DNA of 64,000 nt from Spirochaetia bacterium (GCA_965199955.1 CBDATQ010000001.1:1696001-1760000), one strand, 5' to 3'; positions 1-10,845 are shown, counted from the stretch's first letter. The notes: generated by a model not told the origin, from the letters alone. A program made the numbers and translations.

Positions 1-627
1 GCCGGCGACCCCGCGCAGCGTCAGGCGTCCGCCGATGCTCTGCACGCGCACGTCGCCGGTGCCGCCGTCGACGGCGATGTCGCCGTCGGAGGAGAGCAGC
101 CACTTGGGACCGTCGCTGTCGAACACGCGGGTGACGCCGGCGGCGTTGGTCGTGTGCAGCTCGGCGGTCACGTCGCGGACGATGATGTCTCCCTCGAAGG
201 TGTACAGATCGGCACTCGGCGCTTCCAGGCCCTGCAGGATCAGGTCCCCTGCCGCGGTGACCGCCACCGACACGCCGTGCGGCACGCGCAGCCGGATCTG
301 CGGGTACCACAGCATGGACGAACGCAGCACGTTCCGGTCGTTCGTCACGACCTCCACCGTCACCCTCTCCGGCACGTCGCGGGTGAGGATGGCCACCGCG
401 TTGCGGCGCCTGACCCGTTCCGACATCACCGCCAGGCCGGCGATCATGTCGCCCTCGTAACCGGTGATGTCGAGCGAGAAGAACGAGCCCTTGACCACCA
501 GCTCGCCGCGCTCCGGGAGCTCGAACCGCTCCTCGACCGCCCCGCCCTCCAACATGCCGGCGGCGAATCCACCGGCCGCGTTCAGCAGCCAGCAGAGGCA
601 CGCAAGCGTCGCGATACGACCGGACAC
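1..627 (-). CDS. DUF4097-like beta-strand-repeat exported protein (3' end runs off the window)
   Basis: Manual translation gives VSGRIATLACLCWLLNAAGGFAAGMLEGG (signal-peptide-like), then repeats such as YTFEGDIIVRDV, SSDGDIAVDGG and VQSIGGRLTLRGV; the frame is open to the window edge. Confidence 0.6.
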   Translation of the reverse strand, partial: MSGRIATLACLCWLLNAAGGFAAGMLEGGAVEERFELPERGELVVKGSFFSLDITGYEGDMIAGLAVMSERVRRRNAVAILTRDVPERVTVEVVTNDRNVLRSSMLWYPQIRLRVPHGVSVAVTAAGDLILQGLEAPSADLYTFEGDIIVRDVTAELHTTNAAGVTRVFDSDGPKWLLSSDGDIAVDGGTGDVRVQSIGGRLTLRGVAG

Positions 628-636
628 CCGCGCAGA

Positions 637-666
637 TTGACAACTCGCGCGGCGGATTTGCAACGT
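637..666 (+). promoter_or_regulatory. Putative sigma70-type leaderless promoter of permease copy 1
   Basis: TTGACA at 637-642, 18-nt spacer, CAACGT at 661-666, ATG 8 nt later; same geometry as 1719-1747. Confidence 0.5.
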
Positions 667-674
667 GGCAGGCG

Positions 675-1673
675 ATGATCGCCTATGTCGGCCGCCGGAT
701 CCTGGTCATGATCCCGACACTGATCGTGATCTCGATCGTTTCCTTCATCATCATCGAGCTGCCGCCGGGCGACATGGCAAGCGCCTACGTCGGCCGGCTG
801 GAGGAGATGCGTGACCGTGTCGGCACTGAAGAAGCGGACGAGATGGTGGCCAACATCCGCAAGCAGCTCGGCCTGGACGACCCGATGCCGGTGCGCTACT
901 TCCGCTGGGCCTCCGGCTGGCTGCAGGGCAACTGGGGCTGGTCGTTCCACTGGGATCAGCCCGTGCGCCAGGCGATCGGAAACCGGCTCGTGCTGACGGT
1001 GATGATCGGCCTGATCACGATTCTGATCAGCACCGCCATCTCGTGGCCGGCCGGCGTGGGCGCCGCAATCCGTCAATACGCGCTGTTCGACAACGTGTTC
1101 AGCTTCATCGCCTTTTTCATGATGGCGATCCCGAACTTCCTGTTCGCCCTGCTGTTGATGTACGCGTTCTTCAGGCTGGCCGACTACGTGCCGGGCGGTG
1201 TCTTCTCCACCGAGTACGCGCAGGCGCCATGGAGCATCGCCAAGTTCATCGACTTCCTGAAGCACATCTGGATGCCGATCGTGATCCTGGGCTTCGAGTC
1301 GCTCGGCGGCGGGCTGCGTACGATTCGCGCCAACGTGCTCGATCAGCTGCGCATGCCGTTCGTGACCACTGCACGCGCCAAGGGAGTCCCGGAGACCCGT
1401 CTGATCGTCAAGTACGCGATCCGGGCGGCAGCCAACCCATGGATCTCCGGCATCGGCTGGCTGCTACCGGCGCTGGTAGGTGGTGAGGTCCTGGTCGCGC
1501 TGGTGATAGGGCTGCCCACGGTCGGGCCGTTGCTGTTCACCGCCCTGAGCAATCAGGACCAGCAGGTAGCCGGCGCCATCATCATGATGATGGCGGGGCT
1601 GACGGTGATCGGCACGCTGGTCTCCGACCTGGCCCTTGCGGTGCTGGACCCGCGCATCCGGCTGACCGAATGA
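675..1673 (+). CDS. ABC transporter permease, DppB/OppB-like (copy 1)
   Basis: YVGRRIL..IPTL..IS..SF.II.LPPGD N-terminus, TTARAKGV EAA loop, LDPRIR C-terminus; 332 aa. Confidence 0.92.
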   Translation: MIAYVGRRILVMIPTLIVISIVSFIIIELPPGDMASAYVGRLEEMRDRVGTEEADEMVANIRKQLGLDDPMPVRYFRWASGWLQGNWGWSFHWDQPVRQAIGNRLVLTVMIGLITILISTAISWPAGVGAAIRQYALFDNVFSFIAFFMMAIPNFLFALLLMYAFFRLADYVPGGVFSTEYAQAPWSIAKFIDFLKHIWMPIVILGFESLGGGLRTIRANVLDQLRMPFVTTARAKGVPETRLIVKYAIRAAANPWISGIGWLLPALVGGEVLVALVIGLPTVGPLLFTALSNQDQQVAGAIIMMMAGLTVIGTLVSDLALAVLDPRIRLTE

Positions 1674-1718
1674 GCACCGAAGCCGGGGCGCCCGGCCGCG
1701 TAGGCGGCCGCGGCAAGA

Positions 1719-1747
1719 TTGACAAGGGCGCCGCCGGTTGGCACCGT
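1719..1747 (+). promoter_or_regulatory. Putative leaderless promoter of permease copy 2
   Basis: TTGACA at 1719-1724, 17-nt spacer, CACCGT at 1742-1747, ATG at 1756. Confidence 0.5.
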
Positions 1748-1755
1748 GGGCGTCG

Positions 1756-2754
1756 ATGCTCGGGTACATCGGACGCCGCGTCCTGCACATGATCCCGACG
1801 CTGATCCTCATCTCGATCATCTCCTTCATCGTCATCGAGTTGCCGCCCGGCGACATGGCGAGCGCCTACGTCGGCCGGCTGGAGGAGATGCGCGATCGCA
1901 TCGGCAGCGAGGAAGCCGAGGAGATGGTGGCCAACATCCGGGCGCAACTCGGTCTGGACGATCCGTTCCCGGTCCGCTACCTGAAGTGGGGGGCCGGCTG
2001 GTTCCGTGGCGACTGGGGCTGGTCCTTCGAATGGAACAAGCCGGTGCGCGCGCTGATCGGCGACCGGCTCCTGCTGACGGTGATGATCGGCCTGATCACG
2101 TTGCTGATCGGCACCGCGATTTCCTGGCCGGCCGGCGTGGGCGCGGCGATCCGCCAATACGCGCTGTTCGACAACGTGTTCAGCTTTATCGCCTTCTTCA
2201 TGATGGCGATCCCGAACTTCCTGTTCGCATTGCTGCTGATGTACGCGGCATTCAAGTTGATCAACTACGCGCCGGGCGGCGTCTTCTCCACCGAGTATGC
2301 GCAGGAGCCGTGGAGCATCGCCAAGTTCGCCGACTTCCTGAAGCACATCTGGATGCCGATCGTTATCCTGGGCTTCGAGTCGATCGGCGGCGGCGTGCGC
2401 ACCATCCGCGCCAACGTGCTGGACCAGTTGCGCATGCCGTTCGTCACGACCGCGCGTGCCAAGGGCGTGCCGGAGACCCGCCTGCTCGTGAAGTACCCGA
2501 TCCGCATGGCCGCCAATCCCTGGATTTCGAGCATCGGCTGGCTGCTGCCCGGCCTGGTCGGCGGGGAGGTGCTGGTCGCGCTGGTGCTGGGCCTGCCGAC
2601 CATCGGGCCGTTGCTGTATGAGGGCCTGGTCAACCAGGATCAGCAGATCGCGGGCGCCATCATCATGCTGCTGGCCACCCTGACGGTGATCGGCACCCTG
2701 ATCTCCGACCTGGCGCTGGCCGTGCTCGACCCGCGCATCCGGCTGCAGAACTGA
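1756..2754 (+). CDS. ABC transporter permease, DppB/OppB-like (copy 2, tandem paralogue)
   Basis: Same length (332 aa) and colinear with 675..1673; start taken at the ATG matching copy 1. Confidence 0.92.
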   Translation: MLGYIGRRVLHMIPTLILISIISFIVIELPPGDMASAYVGRLEEMRDRIGSEEAEEMVANIRAQLGLDDPFPVRYLKWGAGWFRGDWGWSFEWNKPVRALIGDRLLLTVMIGLITLLIGTAISWPAGVGAAIRQYALFDNVFSFIAFFMMAIPNFLFALLLMYAAFKLINYAPGGVFSTEYAQEPWSIAKFADFLKHIWMPIVILGFESIGGGVRTIRANVLDQLRMPFVTTARAKGVPETRLLVKYPIRMAANPWISSIGWLLPGLVGGEVLVALVLGLPTIGPLLYEGLVNQDQQIAGAIIMLLATLTVIGTLISDLALAVLDPRIRLQN

Positions 2755-2756
2755 CC

Positions 2757-3926
2757 GTGGCGACCCAGGACCAACCGATCAGGACGGGCGAACCGATCGA
2801 CCGGGGCGACACGCGCGGCCCACGCGACCGAGACGCCGAGAGACGGGAAGCCTACTTCAACGCCGGCCAGATGAAGTTGATCTGGCTCAAGTTCCGGGCG
2901 CACCGCTGGGCGCGGGCCGCCCTGGTCGTGCTGGCGGTGCTCTACAGCCTGGTGCCGTTCAGCGGCTTCATCGAGATCAACGACCCGGTCGAGCGGCGTC
3001 CCGATTTCCGCTTCCTGCCGCCCGCACGCATTCACCTGTTCGACCAGGAAGGGCGTTTCCGGCCCGTCGTCTACCAGATCACCAGCGAGCTCAACTGGGA
3101 GACGCTGGAACGGGAGTTCACGGCGGACCTCGACACCGAGACGCCACTGCGCTTGCTCGTGCAGGGCCACGAATACGACCTGTTCGGCTTCATCCCCAGC
3201 ACCCTTCATTTCGTCGGCACCGGGACTCCGGACGTGCTCTGGTTCCCCCTGGGCACCGACAGCCAGGGCCGTGACCTGTTTTCCCGCATCGTGCGCGGGG
3301 CGGTCATCTCGCTCACCATCGGCCTGGTATCGATCCTCATAAGCTGGGTGCTGGGCATCAGCATCGGCAGCATCTCCGGCTATTTCGGCGGAACGGTCGA
3401 CAACATCATCCAGCGCCTGATCGAGGTGTTCATGTCCTTTCCCACGCTGCCGCTGTGGATGGCCCTGAGCGCCTCGCTGCCGCTGGACTGGGGTGTCGTC
3501 AGGGTCTACTTCATGATCACCATCATCCTCTCCATCCTGGGCTGGACCGGGCTGGCACGGACGGTACGGAGCAAGTTCCTGTCCCTGCGCGAGGAGGAGT
3601 ACGTCATCGCCGCCAAGCTGGACGGCGCGCCGGTGCGGCGCCAGCTCTTCCGGCACATGCTGCCATCGTTCGCCAGCCACCTGATCGTGGAAGGCTCGAA
3701 CCGCATCCCGGCGATGATCCTGGGGGAGACGGCGCTGAGCTTCCTGGGCATCGGCATGCGTCCGCCGGCGATGAGTTGGGGAGTGTTGATTCAGGAAGCG
3801 CAGAGCGTCAGCGTCGTGGCGTTGCGCCCCTGGCTGCTGATCCCGGCGCTGATGGTGATCTTCACCGTGGTCGCCTTCCAGTTCCTGGGCGACGGCCTGC
3901 GCGACGCGCTGGACCCGTACCGGTAG
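2757..3926 (+). CDS. ABC transporter permease, DppC/OppC-like
   Basis: LGTDSQGRDLFSRI, EYVIAAKLDGA, LSFLGIG...SWG, FLGDGLRDALDP. Confidence 0.93.
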   Translation: MATQDQPIRTGEPIDRGDTRGPRDRDAERREAYFNAGQMKLIWLKFRAHRWARAALVVLAVLYSLVPFSGFIEINDPVERRPDFRFLPPARIHLFDQEGRFRPVVYQITSELNWETLEREFTADLDTETPLRLLVQGHEYDLFGFIPSTLHFVGTGTPDVLWFPLGTDSQGRDLFSRIVRGAVISLTIGLVSILISWVLGISIGSISGYFGGTVDNIIQRLIEVFMSFPTLPLWMALSASLPLDWGVVRVYFMITIILSILGWTGLARTVRSKFLSLREEEYVIAAKLDGAPVRRQLFRHMLPSFASHLIVEGSNRIPAMILGETALSFLGIGMRPPAMSWGVLIQEAQSVSVVALRPWLLIPALMVIFTVVAFQFLGDGLRDALDPYR

Positions 3927-4026
3927 AACGGCCGGTTGCGACCCGGCAACTTGTGCGGGTAGGCTCGCCCCTGCTGCGCTGGCCGGTGCTGTTGCGGCGC
4001 CAGGCGGGCGCACGAGGAGGTTCGTT

Positions 4027-5910
4027 TTGAAGAGAACACTGTTGTTTGCGCTGGTGGCTGCCTTGGCAGCGGCCCCGTTGTTCGGGCAGTACCAGCAATC
4101 GCCCTACCTGGACGGCATGGATCTGCCGCCGGTCGAGGAGCGCGTACCGGTGGATCCGCTGGTCATCTCCCCCGGCACCTACGGCATGACCGAGATCGGT
4201 CTGTTCGGCGGCATCTACGCGGGACAGGCACCCGACGCGGCCAACGCGCAGGGGCTGACCAACGTCGCCATCCCCTTCTGGGGCGAGGCGAAGATGGAGC
4301 GGCCGGAGGTGCTGCCGCTGGCCTTCAAGTCGATCGAAGCTTCCAACGGCAATCGCGTCTTCACCATCGCGATGCGCACCGGACTGCGCTGGTCCGACGG
4401 TGAACCCTACACGGCCGAGGACTACCTGTTCTGGTTCGAGGATGTCGCGAGCAACGCCGAGCTGAGCGCGGCGATTCCGGGCTGGCTCACGCAGGGCGAT
4501 GCGGTGGCCGAGATCACCGCCGTCGACGACGTGACGCTCCGCTTCGAGTTCCCCAACCCCTATCCCGGCTTCGACATCGCCTTCGGCGCCCGCCAGGAAC
4601 GGCAGGCGATGGGGCACGCCAAGCACTATCTCACCCAGTTCCACAAATCGTATGCCGAGGCGGACGCGCTGGCAGCCAAGGTGAGTGAGGGCGGATTCGA
4701 GGACTGGACCCAGCTCTTCAACGCCAAGGCTGACCGCCGTGTCAACGCGAATCCGGACAATCCGACGATGGTCCCGTTTGCGCCCTCGACCGGAATCGAG
4801 GCGACGCCGGTCATCTGGACGCGCAACCCCTACTACTGGACTGTTGACTCGGAAGGCAATCAGCTTCCGTACATGGACGAGCAGCACACGCAGATCATCC
4901 CCGACGCCAACGCCCGCGACCTGCGGGTCCTGGCCGGTGAGATCTCCGTGGCCTCGGTCGGCCTGCCCAAGGTGGAGATTCACAAGCAGGCCGCCGACCG
5001 CGGCGACCTGCAGATGATCTCGTTCCCGTTCCGGGGCGACCTGGCGGAGCGCACGCTTGCGTACAACTGGTTCGCGAAGGACGAGTTCAAGGCGGAGATG
5101 TTCCGCGACGTACGGTTTCGGCTGGCTATGAGCTACTGGGCGCCACGACAGTTGATCAGCGACCTGGAGTTCGAGGGCCTGGCGCCGCTGCGCCAGATCG
5201 GCGTGAGCGATCCGTCAAGCCCGTGGTACGTCGAGGAGCTGGCCACCCTGGCGGTGGAGCGCGACCTGGACAAGGCCAACGCGCTGCTCGACGAGATGGG
5301 CCTGACCGACAAGGACGCCGACGGCTTCCGGCTTGGCCCTGACGGCCAGCCCATCACGCTGACGATCTTCTCGATCGCGACGTGGTTCGACGACACGTGG
5401 ACGTTGCTCGTTGAGGAGCTGCCCAAGATCGGCTTCAAGGGCAACTTCCGCGGCGTCGGCTGGGGCGGCCAGACCGAGATCATCGAAAACCTGGACTGGG
5501 AGATCATCGGCTGGCAGAGCCTGACCGGCTACGCCAACCGCGACTGGCCCTCCAACTTCGGCGGGAGCTGGAACAGCCTCTACCCGTCCAACTCGTGGTC
5601 CCGGCCCTGGTACCTGTGGATCACCTCGGGCGGCGAGCGCGGCGAGCAGCCGCCGGACTGGGCGCAGGAGATGTGGGACTTGGCACAGGGTGCCAAGTCG
5701 GCCGAAAGCGACCAGGAGCTGACCGACAAGATCATCGCCCTGCAGAAGCTGCAGGCCGAGCACCTGATCGGCATCGATCTGCTGCAGTTCGCGCCGCGCT
5801 TCCGCGTCTACGGGCCGGACATCGGCAACGTGCAGGAGTGGTTCATCCAGATGCCGACGATCTACTTCCACAGGGACGCAGAAGAGCGCGCCAAGACGCT
5901 CGGCGGCTGA
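4027..5910 (+). CDS. ABC transporter substrate-binding protein, family 5 (oligopeptide/oligosaccharide type)
   Basis: AGGAGG RBS before a TTG start; signal peptide; LPPVEERVP, GLRWSDGEPYTAED, RNPYYW.VD.EGNQLPY. Confidence 0.9.
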   Translation: MKRTLLFALVAALAAAPLFGQYQQSPYLDGMDLPPVEERVPVDPLVISPGTYGMTEIGLFGGIYAGQAPDAANAQGLTNVAIPFWGEAKMERPEVLPLAFKSIEASNGNRVFTIAMRTGLRWSDGEPYTAEDYLFWFEDVASNAELSAAIPGWLTQGDAVAEITAVDDVTLRFEFPNPYPGFDIAFGARQERQAMGHAKHYLTQFHKSYAEADALAAKVSEGGFEDWTQLFNAKADRRVNANPDNPTMVPFAPSTGIEATPVIWTRNPYYWTVDSEGNQLPYMDEQHTQIIPDANARDLRVLAGEISVASVGLPKVEIHKQAADRGDLQMISFPFRGDLAERTLAYNWFAKDEFKAEMFRDVRFRLAMSYWAPRQLISDLEFEGLAPLRQIGVSDPSSPWYVEELATLAVERDLDKANALLDEMGLTDKDADGFRLGPDGQPITLTIFSIATWFDDTWTLLVEELPKIGFKGNFRGVGWGGQTEIIENLDWEIIGWQSLTGYANRDWPSNFGGSWNSLYPSNSWSRPWYLWITSGGERGEQPPDWAQEMWDLAQGAKSAESDQELTDKIIALQKLQAEHLIGIDLLQFAPRFRVYGPDIGNVQEWFIQMPTIYFHRDAEERAKTLGG

Positions 5911-5937
5911 TCCGCCCGAGTTCCCGTTCCGTTTTCA

Positions 5938-5965
5938 AGCCCCGGGGCCATCAGGCTCCGGGGCT
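5938..5965. terminator. 12-bp GC-rich hairpin between convergent genes
   Basis: agccccggggcc-atca-ggctccggggct; U-tract weak. Confidence 0.55.
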
Positions 5966-5992
5966 CTCTGACGGTGCGCTTGCACGGGCCTG

Positions 5993-6690
5993 TCAGCGCA
6001 CAACCTCGCCGTTCCAGAGGAGCTTCAGGACCCCCAGCGCCGGCAGGACCTGCACAGCGCCCCACGATGCAGGCCGCTCGCCGGCGTACACGCCGTAGCA
6101 GGTGACCCGGTCCGCGCCGAGCTCTTCGCGAATCCGGTTGAGCCCGCGGTTATAGCGCCTGTCCCACCGCTTCGACGCCTTTCCTGCAGGTACGTCTCCG
6201 CATAGGCGATCAGGTACGCCACGGGGTCATCGCCAGTGACAGCCAGCGGCAGAGTGCCGTAGCGGAGCGCGTCGTCGAGATTCACCTGAAACGACCGTTC
6301 GGCCGACACCAGGGGGTAGAGGTGCTCGACCACCGCCCGCCCCGCCAGCAGGTTGGCGCCGCCGCGCCGCAGCTTGCGAGCGCTCGATCCGGACAGGACG
6401 AACCGGAGACGGCGCGTCTCGATCAGGCGATGGACCTCGTCCAGCAGATCGGGGACACGCTGGATTTCATCGATCACCACCCATGTCCCGGAAGCGAGCC
6501 CTTCGACCTCCCGAAACAGCGTCGCCGGCTCGCGCGCAAGGCGCAGCGCCTCGGACGTGTCCAGCAGGTCGTAGGTCCGGGCGTCCGCGAAGTGTTGCCC
6601 GATCCACGTCGACTTGCCGGTACCGCGTGGACCGAACAGAAAGCACGACGTCCGAGGGTGCTGCAGCAATCGTGCAATCATCGCTGTCAT
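5993..6690 (-). pseudogene. AAA+ ATPase / DUF4143-type protein with a large internal deletion
   Basis: Walker A GPRGTGKS, Walker B VVIDEIQ, SGSS. After ...ETYLQE (about 6181) the sequence jumps out of frame to a C-terminal-like segment KASKRWDRRYNRGL...LLWNGEVVR*. Confidence 0.75.
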
Positions 6691-6767
6691 ATTTCCGGTA
6701 AAAATGCCAAGTGTAAATACAAATAAACGCCATCTCGGGAGGAGTCATCCTTTCTGAAGCCGCGGGG

Positions 6768-7783
6768 TCAGTCCGGCGTTGCCAGCCACTCGGGGCGTAA
6801 CGGCACGCCGACCACTTCGACGTCGCTCTCGGTCGGCACCTTCCTGGCCAGCATCCGGCTGCCGATGCGGGCGAGCTCCGCCGCCTGCTCGTCGGAGAGG
6901 GCCGGGCGATCCGCAACGCCCACGTCGGCTTCGAGCTCCGCCACGTTGCGCGGTCCCGGGATCACGCAGGTCACCCGCGGGTCGTGCAGCAGGTACAGCA
7001 GCGCCAGCTCGTACAGCTCAAGCCCGGTGTCACGCATCAAGCGCTCCAGGATCCCGACCGCTTCGTCGAGCGGGACCGCACCCAGGTAGGTCGCTGAGCG
7101 GCAGGTCTCCAGGCTCACCAGGCGGCCGCCGCCGATCGGATTGGCGATGACGGTGGCCACGCCGCGTTCCTCGGCGAGCGGCAGCAGGGTGAGCGGCGCC
7201 ACGTGGCTGGTGATGTTGTAGTGGCTGGCGATCTCCACCACGTCCAGCGGGAAGCGGCGCACGGCCTCCGCCAGGAACACGGAGTTGTGGTTGGTGGCGC
7301 CGATGTACCGGCACGCTCCCTGCTCCTTGAGCTCCAGCAGCGCCTCGAATGCCATCCCGGGCTCGTACATCGCGCGCCACTCCGCCGTCTGGCGGGGGAT
7401 GTCGCGCGGCGAGGCGAAGCCGTGGACCTGCAGCGCGAACACCTCGTCGCGGCGCAACGCGCGCAAGGTCCGGTCGAACACCGGCAGTACCGACTCGCGG
7501 CGGTAGTCTCCGAGGCGCTCGCCCGGCGGGCCGGACAGCTTGGCGCCGATCAGCACCTCGTCGGCGCCCAGGTGGCCGAAGGCCAGGCCGAGCAGCTCGT
7601 CGCATTCGCCGTCGCCGTACATCGGCGCGGTGTCGAAGAAGCGCACTCCCAGCTCGTAGGCGCGCTGCAGGGTGGCGAGCGCGGTGTCGCGGTCCACCCC
7701 CGGTCGGCGGTCAGGTTGTAGCAGCCCAGGCCGATCTCCGGGATCTGCATCTCGGCCCGCCCGAAGCGGCGCATACGGATCAT
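6768..7783 (-). CDS. Aldo/keto reductase (frameshift at the C5 run 7697-7701)
   Basis: N-terminal MRRFGRAEMQIPEIGLGC joins FFDTAPMYG...VIPGPRN if one G is added to the G run; sequencing error or recent pseudogene. Confidence 0.8.
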
Positions 7784-7793
7784 CGGCTGTGGA

Positions 7794-8597
7794 TCAGCGT
7801 GGGGCGACCCAGCGGACCGCGTTGGCGAGCAGGCGGCGCACAGCCGGCGCCGCGTACACCGGGCAGTCCTCGTGGCCGGGCTGCAGGTACACTACTCGCC
7901 CGGCGCCCACCTCGCGCGCCCATCCGAACGGCGAGGCGTGTTCCTGCCAGCGGCCGCGCAGCAGGTGGGTGACGTCGGACGCGACCTCAAGCGGCTCGAA
8001 GTAGATCTCGTCCCGGATCGTGAAGTCGCCGACCCCATCCGTGACTGGATGGTTGCAGAGCACTTCGACGTCGATCGGTACTCCCTCGCGCACCTTGCCG
8101 ATGCCGGAAACGGCGCCCGTCAGCCCGGTGATCTGAGGGTAGGCGTGATGGTTCCAGACGCTGTGCAGGGCCACCAGCCCGAGGCGGCCGGCGCGGACCA
8201 GCTCGCCCACCGCCGCGTCCCACGCGGGCGGCGGTCCGCCGTGCGCCCAGGCGACGAATACCTGGTAGCGGTCCAGGCGGTTCAGCTCCTCGATCTCGCC
8301 GGCGTCCGGGAACGCCGTCTCCAGGCGGGCGCGACCCGGGTTGAGGCCGAACTGGTGCCCGTCCACGTAGGTGAACCGCTTCGCATCGCCGGTCCACGTC
8401 GTCAGCGCTTCCAGCTCCGACTCGCGATCGACGCCGAAGCCGTGCACGCCGATTGCGCGGACGCCGCTGATCTCGTTCAGAGCCGAGGCGAGGGAGAGTC
8501 CGATGCCATCCGGATAGAGCCGACAGTGCTCCAGCCATTGCTCGTGACTCCGAAACCCCGCCCGTCCCGACCACGCGAGCGCCCGGATCGTGCCCAT
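7794..8597 (-). CDS. ThuA-like (class I glutamine amidotransferase fold) protein
   Basis: GLVALHS, HPVTDGV..F..DEIY, GAGRVVYLQPGH, LLANAVRW. Confidence 0.8.
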   Translation of the reverse strand: MGTIRALAWSGRAGFRSHEQWLEHCRLYPDGIGLSLASALNEISGVRAIGVHGFGVDRESELEALTTWTGDAKRFTYVDGHQFGLNPGRARLETAFPDAGEIEELNRLDRYQVFVAWAHGGPPPAWDAAVGELVRAGRLGLVALHSVWNHHAYPQITGLTGAVSGIGKVREGVPIDVEVLCNHPVTDGVGDFTIRDEIYFEPLEVASDVTHLLRGRWQEHASPFGWAREVGAGRVVYLQPGHEDCPVYAAPAVRRLLANAVRWVAPR

Positions 8598-8711
8598 CGC
8601 CCGGCCAGCGTAGCATGCGAACCACGCGGTCCTGTGCGGCTGTCGGCGGGCTGTCCTTTCCGATCAAGTCGTGCAGACGCTCTTAGCGGCGATGGACGAC
8701 CTCTGCGCACC

Positions 8712-9920
8712 CTACGTCAGCAGATCGGCGCCCAGTAGGAACTCCTCCAGCGACCGGTGTCTGACCCCGGCGAAATCGGACGGCTGGTGCCGGTCGAGCG
8801 ACAGCAGCACGCGCGGGTAGGCGTCATCCAGCGTCGAGAAGGCGGTCAGTTCCCGTTCGATGGTCGCCTGTGACTCGAGCAGATAGGCTACCTGGACGTA
8901 GACGATGCTCCGCCGGTCCTGGGCGACGAAGTCGATTTCCCTGCCGCCGGCCGATCCCACCGTCACGTCGTAGCCGCGGCGCCGGAGCTCCAGGTACACG
9001 AGGTTCTCCAGCAGGCCGCCGATATCGGCGTCCCGGTACCCGATGGTGCCGTTCCGGAGCCCCACGTCGCCCAGGTAGTACTTGTGGTTCACGGCCAGCC
9101 TCTTCTTCCCCTTGAGATCGAATCGACCGACGGCGCTGACCAGAAAGGCTTCCTCCAGGTGGGCAAGGTAGCTGAGAACGGTGTCGACCGAGGTCGACCG
9201 CCGCTGGCTCTTCAGGAAGTCGGCGATGCGCTTGGCCGACACCAGGCTGCCGATGTTGTCCATCGCGAACCGCGTCACCGCCTCGAACAGCGAGACGTTG
9301 CGGATCTGGTGCCGGCGGATAATGTCCTTGACGGCGATGGTGTTGAAGATGTCCTGCAGCATCTGGGCCAGGACCAGGTCGCTGAGATCGGTGTGCATGA
9401 GACCTGGCAGTCCTCCGTGGCGGAGGTAGCGTTGCAGCAGCGCATCGGTGTCCAGGTCGTCGCCGCGCAGACGATGCAACTCGCCCAGCTCGGCCAGCGT
9501 GAGCGGGAATACCTGCAGGGTTACGTAGCGGCCTGCGATGCGCGTGGCAAGCTCGCCGGCGAGCAGCGACGCGTTGGATCCCGAGATGATCACCTTGGTG
9601 TGTTCGCGGCTGTTCAGCGCCGCGGCCGCCCGTTCCCAGCCGTCGATCTGCTGGACCTCGTCGACGATCACCGCGCGGGGTTCGCCGGCACGGGATCTGC
9701 TTTCTACGTAATCGACCAGGTTTCGCGCCGTGCGGATGTCATCGAATTCCAAAGACTCCTTGTCCACGTAGACGACCTGGCGCTCCGGGCGGAGGGTGTT
9801 CGCGAACTGGCTCAGGAGCACGCTCTTGCCCACGCGCCGCAGCCCCACGACGGCGATGATTGCGGGAGCGGTGAGAAACTGCCGCAGGCGGTCCAGGTAG
9901 AACGTCCTGGCGATCTCCAT
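8712..9920 (-). CDS. AAA+ ATPase with DUF4143 domain
   Basis: GLRRVGKS, VIVDEVQ, SGSNA, KYYLGDVGLRN, LENLVYLEL, EIDFVA. Confidence 0.9.
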   Translation of the reverse strand: MEIARTFYLDRLRQFLTAPAIIAVVGLRRVGKSVLLSQFANTLRPERQVVYVDKESLEFDDIRTARNLVDYVESRSRAGEPRAVIVDEVQQIDGWERAAAALNSREHTKVIISGSNASLLAGELATRIAGRYVTLQVFPLTLAELGELHRLRGDDLDTDALLQRYLRHGGLPGLMHTDLSDLVLAQMLQDIFNTIAVKDIIRRHQIRNVSLFEAVTRFAMDNIGSLVSAKRIADFLKSQRRSTSVDTVLSYLAHLEEAFLVSAVGRFDLKGKKRLAVNHKYYLGDVGLRNGTIGYRDADIGGLLENLVYLELRRRGYDVTVGSAGGREIDFVAQDRRSIVYVQVAYLLESQATIERELTAFSTLDDAYPRVLLSLDRHQPSDFAGVRHRSLEEFLLGADLLT

Positions 9921-10013
9921 GAATTTCGATTGTACTCGAAGTTATCATGATTCGCGAGACAATTTCGATCACGTCAGAAATTAACTGAGCCGATTCCGAA
10001 CAGTCGAAGTCGG

Positions 10014-10844
10014 TTATCGGCTCCGGATCGCTCGGAAGGCCTTCATCTGCTCGGTGATCGCCACCTCGGTCGGCAGGCGCTCGACGCTGGAGGCGCCGTA
10101 GAAGCCGTCCACCCCCTCGGTGCGCTGCAATACGTACTCCGCGTCCTCGGGCATGGCGATCGGGCCGCCGTGGCACAGGACGATGACGTCGTCCCGCGCC
10201 GCCCGCGCGGCGTCGGCGATCGTCTGGATGCGGGCTGGGCACTCCGGGAGCTCCAGCGCCGTCTCCGCGCCGATCGTTCCCTTGGTGGTCAGGCCCATGT
10301 GGGCGACTACCACGTCCGCTCCCGCCTTGGCCATGGCGGCGCCCTCGTCCGCATCGAACGCATAGGGCGAGGTGAACAGGTCCAGCTCGCGCGCCAGGCG
10401 GACCGTCTCCACCTCCAGCGCATAGCCCATGCCGGTCTCCTCCAGGTTCGCGCGGAACAGGCCGTCGATCAGGCCCACGGTCGGGAAGTTCTGCACGCCG
10501 GAGAAGCCGGCGTCGCGGACCTGGCGCAGGAATCGGTCCATCAGGCGCGTCGGGTCGGTGCCGCAGACGCCGGCCAGCACCGGCGTATCGGGCACCACCG
10601 GCAGCACGTCGCCGGCCATCTCCATCACGATCGCGTTGGCGTCGCCGTATGGCATGCAGCCGGCCAGCGATCCGCGCCCGTTCATGCGGAAGCGCCCGGA
10701 GTTGTAGATCACCAGCAGGTCGACGCCGCCGGCCTCCTGGCACTTGGCGCTGATGCCGTTGCCGGCGCCGCCGCCGATGATCGGCTGTCCGGCGGCCGCG
10801 CGGCCGCGCAGCCGCTTCAGGATCTGCTGCCTGGTGAATGCCAT
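10014..10844 (-). CDS. PEP-hydrolase-like TIM-barrel protein (resembles the Tm-1 C-terminal domain)
   Basis: [53 protein letters not shown]. Confidence 0.88.
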   Translation of the reverse strand: MAFTRQQILKRLRGRAAAGQPIIGGGAGNGISAKCQEAGGVDLLVIYNSGRFRMNGRGSLAGCMPYGDANAIVMEMAGDVLPVVPDTPVLAGVCGTDPTRLMDRFLRQVRDAGFSGVQNFPTVGLIDGLFRANLEETGMGYALEVETVRLARELDLFTSPYAFDADEGAAMAKAGADVVVAHMGLTTKGTIGAETALELPECPARIQTIADAARAARDDVIVLCHGGPIAMPEDAEYVLQRTEGVDGFYGASSVERLPTEVAITEQMKAFRAIRSR

Positions 10845-10845
10845 G

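Noticed and set aside
9922..9969. AATTTCGAT direct repeat upstream of the AAA ATPase
   Set aside because: Only two 9-nt copies in a promoter region; not an array.
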